From: Candidatus Latescibacterota bacterium
GTDB taxonomy: Bacteria; Latescibacterota; UBA2968
DNA length: 64,000 nucleotides
Direction: 5' to 3'
Assembly (NCBI GenBank): GCA_965207885.1
Contig: OZ242311.1
Location: 704,001 to 768,000, forward strand
The notes under the pieces are model-generated. The model did not search any database. It was not told the origin of the DNA and was given only the letters and a program-made list of their open reading frames with translations. The position numbers and the translations under genes are program-made. Below, in pieces: positions 22,301 to 29,394 of this stretch (positions within the stretch are counted from its first letter, which is position 1; every line of letters begins with the position of its first letter).

Positions 22301-23171
22301 TACAGACGAGACGCACGAGAACTGGAGAGTCTTTGTTCAGGCTGACCTGAATGACGACAAGATGGTCAATTTCGATGACTTTATTCTGTTCTTCGGCTCT
22401 TATGGCAAAGAAGCGGCAGGTCCGGCTGGCAAATCTCTGGTTACGCCTATGCTTGGCGTGAATGAGGCTGCCGAGTTGTCGTTGCGTTTGGGCAGTGATC
22501 GCGTGGTGGCTGGCGAGACGATGTTTGTGGATGTGTCTCTGGCCAATGTGCAGGCTCTGATGGGTTACGGGTTTGTGCTTAACTACGATGCCGAGAAGTT
22601 CGAGTTTGTAGAAGTGATGCCGGCTGCTGAGGATTTGCTTGTGTCTTCGGGTGGTGAGACGCCGCTGTTGAGGGGTTGGTCGCCTGAGGCCGGGCAGGTT
22701 CACGTTATGAATGCGATCGTCAATGGTTCGGAGGTTTCTGGCGGTGGCGATATTGTTCGGTTGGTGTTCCGCGTGTTGCGCGATTTTGAAGATAATGCGC
22801 GGTTTGAGATTGCCGAGGGTCTGGTTTTCGATCCGAGTCAACTCGCCAATCCATTGGCTGGCGGTGTGCTGGATATTCAGACGACGCCTACAGAGTTTGC
22901 ACTGCTCCAGAATTTCCCCAATCCGTTTAACCCCGATACAACGATCGGGTACGAATTGGCCGAGTCCGCCGATGTGACGCTCCAGATTTACAATGTGGTG
23001 GGTCAGGTCGTTCGGACGCTGATTGCTGCTGAACCGCAGTCGGTTGGTCGTTATCAGGTCCGTTGGGACGGTATGGATGATCGCGGGACGCCGGTTTCGA
23101 GTGGTATTTATTTCTACCAGATCTCGGCAGGGAAGTTCCAGGATGTGCGGAAGCTGATGCTGCTCAAGTAA
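19374..23171 (+). CDS. Secreted surface protein (1265 aa): N-terminal cohesin-like/Ig domains, dockerin-like pair, cohesin-like domain, FlgD-Ig/T9SS-type CTD
   Basis: Signal ending AGQASA; ADLNDDKMVNFDDFILF; C-terminal ~240 aa highly similar to the preceding protein, ending KLMLLK. Confidence 0.88.
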   Translation: MFLKKSLLFMTALALLMFAGQASAQLSLSLSEGGSTTVSGAGTEISVDVSQMGVTQSVNAIQIVFDIDTDVVTLTGAVPFIISGGNTASLLSLTPAPVPPGASFTFTTAKDVTGVEFSIGISSISLDNVPLPVPLPAAISFNGLEAALTSDGEVNDDGELVVNVSVPGLTSTTGAEIMFMVSDGAATIKSVTPAATLQLSPDGIEGMGFVLLIIPPAMLMDGNYGSVTFDVDPNATEFTIGVASLTVFTADGKKRAVGGGEALTVTQFAPFLEASATEVTVPHGETATATVTAMDTQGEAVEFTVDPADAGTVSDDGNSVTLSATGDATVTVTAMAGGVAMGPVTVVFSKPPPELQTESTEVTFEDFGAEASVSVMAVGFDEGAVIKFSYEATADFQAMEDGASLMITTASAGTVTVTATDGTDSASLMITFSDPAPYLTASATDVIIPEGGEMSVTVSATGLEGVITYMISKTSGTASIASDTDGDMVTITASGEESAMVSVTASAGGMTTEAVDILFRAMPSVGSDMPEVMVPQATVPSGTSMVVATGFPEGAEITFDVEVTSGSASDLTKSQDGNVLTLTATGTVSVSVTASGAGVTTSAVEVVFTQDTPAAPASVAVEDQAGDNGYYVMVSFANSANHGDVSQYRVYREMMVTTTMDADGNVVVSDTPMAAWVPWAVVDAMDNDGMTRAVVPVTDAMATRWGVAAESGMDSAEEMITPAGKRVFSKESVQQLAQFLGLDPNRLVNEDELSAMFMPSADYINSIIGGRKNVVFAALDPDLSVLIGSVAVPQNIRTSGHPIVSSTITAADGIVAAIDDTAPAAVTDVAADVETGMVTWTASADDMIVGMINYRGFSLPIPGVIGYVVRGGASPEAMIDIGAVPAGSSSFQVPQALIESLINQGLPAVLVDVVAMDGTNMTSIVPPLVVELVPTRKPFVDADGGPVYIVKLDRHGAMTPNVVDFEDFVAFTMAFNTDETHENWRVFVQADLNDDKMVNFDDFILFFGSYGKEAAGPAGKSLVTPMLGVNEAAELSLRLGSDRVVAGETMFVDVSLANVQALMGYGFVLNYDAEKFEFVEVMPAAEDLLVSSGGETPLLRGWSPEAGQVHVMNAIVNGSEVSGGGDIVRLVFRVLRDFEDNARFEIAEGLVFDPSQLANPLAGGVLDIQTTPTEFALLQNFPNPFNPDTTIGYELAESADVTLQIYNVVGQVVRTLIAAEPQSVGRYQVRWDGMDDRGTPVSSGIYFYQISAGKFQDVRKLMLLK

Positions 23172-23175
23172 TTCG

Positions 23176-23202
23176 GTAAGGGCGAGGCATGCCTCGCCCT
23201 TA
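23176..23202. repeat. Intact REP-like palindrome between surface-protein genes
   Basis: GTAAGGGCGAGGCATGCCTCGCCCTTA. Confidence 0.75.
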
Positions 23203-23248
23203 ATTTGTCATTTAGAACTTACAAGGAGTAGTTTTCAGCGAAGGAGTC

Positions 23249-25348
23249 TTGCAAATGTTTTTGAAAAGAGGATTGTTATTTTTTTCTGCCCTTGCATTTC
23301 TGGCGTTTGCGGGTCAAGCTTCTGCTGGTCCCAATGCAAATGCGACGGTGACGATTGATTTGATTACCGATGGCGGGGCAGGCAATCAGATGGATGATGG
23401 CGTTCATTCTGGTAATGTCTCTGGACAGGGCACAAAAATTGCCGTTGAGGTTTTCGCCAAGGGCGTGACCACGTCGCTGGTCGGTGTGAAGATCGAATTT
23501 GATTTTAAATCTGAAGAGTTAAAGCTCGATAAGGTCGAGAATAGCGCGTTTCTGTTTGCTATTCCCGAGCCGACGGGCGTAAATTTTGCAGCGACTGCGC
23601 CTGTTACACTGCCGGAGTCCGGTTTTCTTGGACGCGCCGAGTTTTCTACTGTGGCGGATGTAACGAATCAGGAATTTTATCTGGGCATTAAGGCGGTTGT
23701 GCTTGCCGAAAGTGCAGCGTCGAGCGATATCATTGCGCCAGAGATGATGGCGATGATGAGTACGATTAACTTTAATGTCAAGCCCAGGCTGATGACAGAT
23801 ATGTCTATGATGGATATGTCTATGATGATTCCGGTGCCGCCGGGTGGCACGGGGTCGGTCGTGGTAACGGCTGTGAATTTCCCCGCGGATGCGACGATTA
23901 CGTTTGATGTGCAGGGCGAAATGATTGAGATGGTTCAGTCCATGATGGATGGTGCCAAGTTGACGTTGACGGCGAGTGGCCCGGCAAAGGTGACGGTGAC
24001 GGCGAGTGATGGCATGACGACGACCGATCCGATTACGATTGAGTTTGTCGAGGTGCGGCTCCCCACACTGGATGCCGCAGGCATGGACATGATGAATATG
24101 ATGGATGATGGCATGCTTGCAGCCAGTGCCGGTGCCAATGAAGAGATCGCTATTGAGGTGTTTGCAGGTGATATAGAAGGTGGTCTCGGCGGTGCGAGTA
24201 TTGTGTTTACGATTGATCCGGCTGGTGCTGCGGCGATCACGGATTTTGCGCCTGCTGAGGGTCTGACGCTGCTGGGTATTTCCGGTAATCAGGTCGATAT
24301 CGGTGCCGAACAGGCAGTGATGCTGTCCAATGGTGGTTTTTTGGGCACGCTGAAGCTGATGACGGGCGCCGAGGAGATGCCTTTTGCGGTCGGGGTTGCG
24401 TCGTTTAGAGCCGTTCTCGCTTCCGGCGATGAGTCTATGCTACCTGTGCCTGCTCCGGTGTTGTATAACCACGGTCCGGCTCTGGATGTGTCACCTGGTC
24501 TCATCAATACAATCCCGCGCGGTGGCACTGCGGTGGTTACGGTTACAGCCGTGCGTTTTCCCGAAGGGGCTACGGTTACGTTCACTGTAGATCTCCTGGA
24601 AGGTGTGGGCGATGATCCACAATCCACGATTGAACATTCGGTCGATGGTCATGTCCTGACTTTGACAGCCGCTGGTTATGTTTCTTCGGTTGTGAAGGTG
24701 ACAGCCTCGGATGGTATGATGGAAGCTCTTGAGGTCACCATTCAATTTACCGAGCAGGTGGCGGTTGAGTTGTCGTCATTTGTCGGTTCGGTGGTTGAAG
24801 ACCGCGTGGTGATCAATTGGACCACGGCTTCGCAGACCAATAATGCGGGTTTCCGCGTGCTTCGCAGCACGGATGGAGAGACCTACGAGGCGGTGAGCGA
24901 GCTTATCTCTGGTGCTGGTACGACCGATCAGTTGATGGATTATATGTTTGAGGATAATAGTCTTCCCGCTGCTGAGATCGTTTATTATGTTCTCGAGCAG
25001 ATTGATCTGGATGGGACAGTTAATCTTTCGAATCCGATTGAGGTGCTGTTGGGCGCGCGTTTCACCCTGCCCACAGAGTTTTCTTCGGCTGTTTATCCCA
25101 ATCCGTTTAACCCGAGGACGACGATTTCCTACGAGTTGCCCACTGACACAGCTGTGTCCGTCATTATTTACGATGCGATTGGGCAGGAGATTCGTCAACT
25201 CGTGAGCCAGCATTATACGGCGGGTCGCTATAGTGTCCAGTGGGATGCTAAAGACCATATGGGCCGCAGCGTTGGTAGTGGCGTTTATATCGCCAAGATC
25301 AAAGCGGGTCCAAATACCGCGATCCAGAAGATGCTGCTGTTGAAGTAG
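23249..25348 (+). CDS. Secreted Met-rich surface protein (699 aa) with cohesin-like/Ig domains and FlgD-Ig/T9SS-type CTD
   Basis: Signal paralogous to the previous gene (MFLKRG...AGQASA); VELSSF...W.TASQTNNAGF.V.RS pre-CTD module; YPNPFNP...IYDAIGQ.IR...SGVY...KMLLLK. Confidence 0.88.
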   Translation: MQMFLKRGLLFFSALAFLAFAGQASAGPNANATVTIDLITDGGAGNQMDDGVHSGNVSGQGTKIAVEVFAKGVTTSLVGVKIEFDFKSEELKLDKVENSAFLFAIPEPTGVNFAATAPVTLPESGFLGRAEFSTVADVTNQEFYLGIKAVVLAESAASSDIIAPEMMAMMSTINFNVKPRLMTDMSMMDMSMMIPVPPGGTGSVVVTAVNFPADATITFDVQGEMIEMVQSMMDGAKLTLTASGPAKVTVTASDGMTTTDPITIEFVEVRLPTLDAAGMDMMNMMDDGMLAASAGANEEIAIEVFAGDIEGGLGGASIVFTIDPAGAAAITDFAPAEGLTLLGISGNQVDIGAEQAVMLSNGGFLGTLKLMTGAEEMPFAVGVASFRAVLASGDESMLPVPAPVLYNHGPALDVSPGLINTIPRGGTAVVTVTAVRFPEGATVTFTVDLLEGVGDDPQSTIEHSVDGHVLTLTAAGYVSSVVKVTASDGMMEALEVTIQFTEQVAVELSSFVGSVVEDRVVINWTTASQTNNAGFRVLRSTDGETYEAVSELISGAGTTDQLMDYMFEDNSLPAAEIVYYVLEQIDLDGTVNLSNPIEVLLGARFTLPTEFSSAVYPNPFNPRTTISYELPTDTAVSVIIYDAIGQEIRQLVSQHYTAGRYSVQWDAKDHMGRSVGSGVYIAKIKAGPNTAIQKMLLLK

Positions 25349-25371
25349 GGGCGTAAAATTTTACGCCCTAC
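25345..25371. repeat. GTAG REP-like palindrome overlapping the stop codon
   Basis: GTAGGGGCGTAAAATTTTACGCCCTAC. Confidence 0.7.
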
Positions 25372-25406
25372 GGCACGGCGCCGATTCCTGGGACGGTGCC
25401 AAATTC

Positions 25407-25444
25407 AAAGGCCATTGGACATTTTGTCCAGTGGCCTTTTTTTT
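25407..25444 (+). terminator. Rho-independent terminator of the surface-protein operon
   Basis: AAAGGCCATTGGAC-ATTTT-GTCCAGTGGCC followed by T8. Confidence 0.85.
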
Positions 25445-25513
25445 GTTATTGCGGTATTATATATGTGAAACTATATTCGAGCACGAAACGTCGGTTACAA
25501 AAAAGGAGAAAGT

Positions 25514-25744
25514 ATGCAGATTCCGACACCACAAGATAAGTTCGCAGAATTTGATGCGCGCCTGGCGCGGATCGAAGGTATTGTTGAGCAAATGGACAAA
25601 CGCATGACCAGCATGGAGACGCGCTTGGCCAACCTTGAATTGCGCGTTGATAGCGGTTTCAAATGGGTTATTGGTCTGCTGATTACATTGCTGATTGCCA
25701 ATGTCGGTACGGCTATCACAATCGTTTTGACGCTGAATAAATAA
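25514..25744 (+). CDS. Small coiled-coil protein with C-terminal TM helix (XhlA/DUF1640-like)
   Basis: RBS AAGGAG; RLARIEG.VEQMDKRM..METRL..LE; FKWVIGLLITLL. Confidence 0.7.
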   Translation: MQIPTPQDKFAEFDARLARIEGIVEQMDKRMTSMETRLANLELRVDSGFKWVIGLLITLLIANVGTAITIVLTLNK

Positions 25745-25755
25745 AGGAGATTTTG

Positions 25756-26769
25756 ATGGAGAAGGTGCGAATGGGCTTGATCGGGTGCGGTGGCAATATG
25801 AGCGGTCATATCAGGCGTTTGATGAATATGCAGGATGTGGAGATTGTGGCGCTGGCGGATCCGAGTGATGAGAGTTTTGCGCGGTTGTACGAGCGCGTGC
25901 CAGAGACAGAGGCGTTGCCGAGGTTTGCAGATCACAGGGAGATGCTGAATGAGGTGGAGATGGATGCGACCGAGATTTCTACGCCGCATACTTTGCATTT
26001 TGAACAGATTATGGATAGTCTGGATAAGGGTCTGCATGTGCTGACGGAGAAGCCGATGGTTTGTACGGTTGATCACGCGTTTCAGGTGATGGATAAGGCA
26101 GAGGAGGTGGACCGCGTTTTGATGGTGTCTTATCAACGGCATCTGGCGCCGACGTTTCGGTTTATTCGGAATCAGATTCAGGCTGGGGAGATCGGAGAGG
26201 TTCAGTTTATTCAGGCGATGCAAGACCAGCACTGGTATCAGAATCAACAGGGGAAGTGGCGACAGGTTCACGCGCTGTCGGGCGGGGGTCAGTTGAACGA
26301 TTCGGGGAGTCATTTGCTGGATATTGTGCTGTGGATGGTGGATCAGGCGCCTGCGCGCGTGTCGGCGTTTATGGATAATCTGGATACAGAGGTGGATATC
26401 AATTCGGCGCTGTCGATTGTGTTTGAGAATGGCGCGCTGGCGAATTTTTCTATTGTGGGTACAGGTCCGGGTCCTGGGATGTGGGAAGATATTACGATTT
26501 GGGGCACGAAGGGGGCGATTTATTCTCGCAATGGGAAGTTGACGTGTAAATACGGTGGCAGCGCACCCGTGGAGGTCGATGCAGATAGTTTGCCTTCGCG
26601 GTTTGTGAGTCCAGATCAAAATTTTGTGGATGCAATTTTGGGACGCGATGAAGTTCAGGTGCCGCCGGTGTGCGGTTTGCGCGTGATTCAGTTGACGGAG
26701 GCCGCATGGGAGTCGGCAGAAAAAAACGGGCGCCCGGTGCGGGTGAAGCGGACGAGAAGTAGGAAGTAG
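25756..26769 (+). CDS. Gfo/Idh/MocA family oxidoreductase
   Basis: GLIGCG, TPHTLH, HVLTEKP, GGGQLNDSGSHLLD. Confidence 0.93.
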   Translation: MEKVRMGLIGCGGNMSGHIRRLMNMQDVEIVALADPSDESFARLYERVPETEALPRFADHREMLNEVEMDATEISTPHTLHFEQIMDSLDKGLHVLTEKPMVCTVDHAFQVMDKAEEVDRVLMVSYQRHLAPTFRFIRNQIQAGEIGEVQFIQAMQDQHWYQNQQGKWRQVHALSGGGQLNDSGSHLLDIVLWMVDQAPARVSAFMDNLDTEVDINSALSIVFENGALANFSIVGTGPGPGMWEDITIWGTKGAIYSRNGKLTCKYGGSAPVEVDADSLPSRFVSPDQNFVDAILGRDEVQVPPVCGLRVIQLTEAAWESAEKNGRPVRVKRTRSRK

Positions 26770-26799
26770 GGAACGGTGTATGAAGGCGAGTGAGCGGTG

Positions 26800-26957
26800 T
26801 ACAACTGCGCCAGCAGTTCAATCGAGCATGACTGGTCGCAGTTCAGACCAGTTCACTGTGAAGTGTGAAGGAGGAAGTGTGAAGGGTGAAGGGTGAGACC
26901 AATTGTTGTAGGGGCGAGGCATGCGTCATCGCGGTATGATTCTGAGCCGCGATCCAG
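26800..26957 (+). repeat. Composite repeat: AACTG-hairpins, GAAGTGT-like heptamers, half GTAG-REP (26908) and GTCAT-hairpin (26925-26957)
   Basis: Module order similar to 39369-39524. Confidence 0.8.
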
Positions 26958-26966
26958 GAGGTTCTT

Positions 26967-27899
26967 ATGTATTGGAAATTACCAATTCTTTTTGGTTTGC
27001 TCATCAGCATGGTTGCCGATTGTTGGGCGCAGCCCACGGCGCTGGCGCTGAAGTTTCCAGAGGGGCGCAAGGCGCGATATAAGCACAAGTTCCGGGTGGA
27101 GTATTACAGCAATATGGGCGAGCAGATTGTGATGCAGAGCGGGCATATTCGCGTGATTATAGATAATGAGTGGCGCAGCCATGAAGAGGTGGTTGTGCCC
27201 CAGGCGTTGCCGGGGAAGACGATTCCCGAAGGGGTGATGGGGGTTCGCGCTGAGATTAAAAAGGGTGCGAGTGCAGCGATTTTTCTGGGCGAGAAGCAGA
27301 CGTATGAGCAGTTTCCGTTTACGTTTGATATGTTTAATGACAGGGTTTTTACCTGGCAGGTGACGCCCGAGGGCGTGGTGCAGAAGTTCGAGCCAGATTT
27401 TCCCGCGTTTCGCGTGGAGCGACAGGATTTGATTACGGATATGTTCCAGGGCGCGATACCCGCGTTTGCGCCCGTTTTGCCAGAGGGTCCGGTTAATAAG
27501 GGCGATACCTGGACGGGCGAGCGCGATTTCTGGCGTCCTTTTGCGAGTATGGATATGATGGGGCGCGATTCGCAGATTAAGATCAAGAGTACTTATGAGG
27601 TGAAGAATATCAAGAATGAGAAGGGGCGCGTGGAGGTGCATATTGATGAAGAGAGTGAGGTGGAGTACGCGGGATGGATTGAGGTGAGTGCGGCTTCTCT
27701 GTATTACAATGGGAAGGGTAAAGGCGGGGGGTCGTGGGTGATCGATGCGACGCGCGGGCTGGTGCTGGAGCACAAGATGCATTTTGATATTACTAAGCCT
27801 GTTGTGATTAAAGCGGGGAAGAAGGACCCGATTCTCAATATTGTCGCCGAGATTAAAATTGATATGGAGCGCAAGTTGGAGAAGCTCGAAAAGGAGTAG
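26967..27899 (+). CDS. Secreted hypothetical protein, beta-rich
   Basis: RBS AGGAGG; signal peptide ending CWA|Q; LPEGPV.KGDTW motif; codon usage like neighbouring + strand genes. Confidence 0.7.
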   Translation: MYWKLPILFGLLISMVADCWAQPTALALKFPEGRKARYKHKFRVEYYSNMGEQIVMQSGHIRVIIDNEWRSHEEVVVPQALPGKTIPEGVMGVRAEIKKGASAAIFLGEKQTYEQFPFTFDMFNDRVFTWQVTPEGVVQKFEPDFPAFRVERQDLITDMFQGAIPAFAPVLPEGPVNKGDTWTGERDFWRPFASMDMMGRDSQIKIKSTYEVKNIKNEKGRVEVHIDEESEVEYAGWIEVSAASLYYNGKGKGGGSWVIDATRGLVLEHKMHFDITKPVVIKAGKKDPILNIVAEIKIDMERKLEKLEKE

Positions 27900-27908
27900 G
27901 TTCACGGC

Positions 27909-27937
27909 TTGACACGGGTTTTGAGATATGGTATTCT
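27909..27937 (+). promoter_or_regulatory. Putative sigma70 promoter upstream of the heptamer array and brnT
   Basis: TTGACA-17 bp-TATTCT with an extended -10 TG. Confidence 0.6.
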
Positions 27938-27942
27938 TGGTT

Positions 27943-28061
27943 GAAGTGTGAAGTGGGAAGTGTGAAGTGTGAAGTGTGAAGTGTGAAGTGGGAAGTGTGA
28001 AGTGGGAAGTGTGAAGTGTGAAGTGGGAAGTGGGAAGTGGGAAGTGGGAAGGATGAAGTAG
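27943..28061 (+). repeat. Tandem heptamer array GAAGTG(T/G), about 17 units, followed by a GTCAT-hairpin (28076-28108)
   Basis: Read directly from the sequence. Confidence 0.95.
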
Positions 28062-28140
28062 GAATAATAGTACCCGTCATCGCGGCATGGGGTTGAGCCG
28101 CGATCCAGTGGTTGTATCCAATGATGGACGGGATGGGTAG

Positions 28141-28425
28141 ATGGATATCGGTTTTGTATGGGACGAAAACAAATATCGAGAAGTCCAGGAGAAGCATGAA
28201 GTCCAGTTTTATGAGGCTGTTGCGGCATTTGATGATCCAAATGGATTCGAGGTTCCAGATCCAGAGGGACATGAAGACCGGTGGATGTGGATAGGAGCAA
28301 CAATCGCTGGTCGGGTATTAGCTCTGGTCTATTCAGAAGAAGATGTACCCCTCCATCGTTTAATCACCGCCTTTGATGCTACCGAGAGCTTACGTGATGA
28401 ATACTACAGCAGACGCGGAATTTGA
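28141..28425 (+). CDS. brnT: BrnT-family (DUF497) ribonuclease toxin
   Basis: FVWDENK......KH.V.F.EA...FDDP......D....EDRW..IG......LALVYSE.....RLITA. Confidence 0.82.
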   Translation: MDIGFVWDENKYREVQEKHEVQFYEAVAAFDDPNGFEVPDPEGHEDRWMWIGATIAGRVLALVYSEEDVPLHRLITAFDATESLRDEYYSRRGI

Positions 28426-29335
28426 TTATGAAACTTATATGAACGAAATCTCGTTAGATTCAGTCAAAATTCATCGTGGAACAGAGGCGCGTGAAAAACG
28501 ACGAAAGGCCGCTATGCGTGCCTTGGCCTGCTTCAATCGCGGTTCTGCTTATAGCACCATACGTGATTATGACCGTGCCATAGAAGAGTACAGCAAGGCC
28601 ATAGAATTGAAATCGAATTATGTCAATGCCTATCATAGTCGAGGCAATGCTTACATGCAAAAAGGTGCGTATGACCGTGCCATTTTGGATTTTGACAAAG
28701 TGATCGCGCTGAAACCAGATGATGCCATGACTTTTTTTAGTCGCGGCTTGGCTTATTTCATCAAAGACGAGGTTGACCTTGCCATCAAGGATCTGAATAG
28801 AGCGGTCGCACTTGACTCAGAGTTTGCTGTAGCCTATTTCATTCGAGGTAGTGCCTACTTAAAAAAAGGTGCGTATGATCTTGCTATCGCAGAGTACAAT
28901 AAGGCGATAGAATTGAATCCAGATTATACCGATGCCTATAATAATCGCGGCAATGCTTACAGCAATAAAGGCGAGGTTGACCTTGCTATCGCAGATTACA
29001 ACAAAGCGGTAGCACTTAAGCCAGAACTTGCTGTGGCCTATTTCATTCGAGGTAATGAGTACGTAACAAAAGGCATGTACGATCGGGCTACCGCAGAGTA
29101 CAATAGGGCGATAGAATTGGACCCAAAACTTGCTGTGGCCAATTTTGGTCTTGGTATATGTTCGCTACTGAGCCGGACAGATTGGCAAGTAGCCAAATCA
29201 TATTTGACACTTGCCAGGCGCGAGGGCATGGATATTATCGCAGCATTTCGCAAAAATTACGAAAATGTTGCGGCATTTGAACGAAGACATGGTGTTCGGT
29301 TGCCGAAAGATATCGCGGCTATGTTGACGCCATAG
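28397..29335 (+). CDS. TPR-repeat protein with an N-terminal ~40-aa BrnA-antitoxin-like segment
   Basis: ATG overlaps the brnT 3' end; N-term EFDY....IHRG...R.KRRK; about 6-7 TPRs (AY.NRG.AY...G.YD.AI.DY.KAIEL.P). Confidence 0.75.
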   Translation: MNTTADAEFDYETYMNEISLDSVKIHRGTEAREKRRKAAMRALACFNRGSAYSTIRDYDRAIEEYSKAIELKSNYVNAYHSRGNAYMQKGAYDRAILDFDKVIALKPDDAMTFFSRGLAYFIKDEVDLAIKDLNRAVALDSEFAVAYFIRGSAYLKKGAYDLAIAEYNKAIELNPDYTDAYNNRGNAYSNKGEVDLAIADYNKAVALKPELAVAYFIRGNEYVTKGMYDRATAEYNRAIELDPKLAVANFGLGICSLLSRTDWQVAKSYLTLARREGMDIIAAFRKNYENVAAFERRHGVRLPKDIAAMLTP

Positions 29336-29394
29336 ACAGAGTCCTGTACCCGCGCAACTCAATACCAGTAATCCAGATTCATCTGTGTTTATCC

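Noticed and set aside
27853-28303. Minus-strand ORFs with (HFPL/HTSHFTL)n repeats
   Set aside because: Translations of the heptamer DNA array, not plausible proteins
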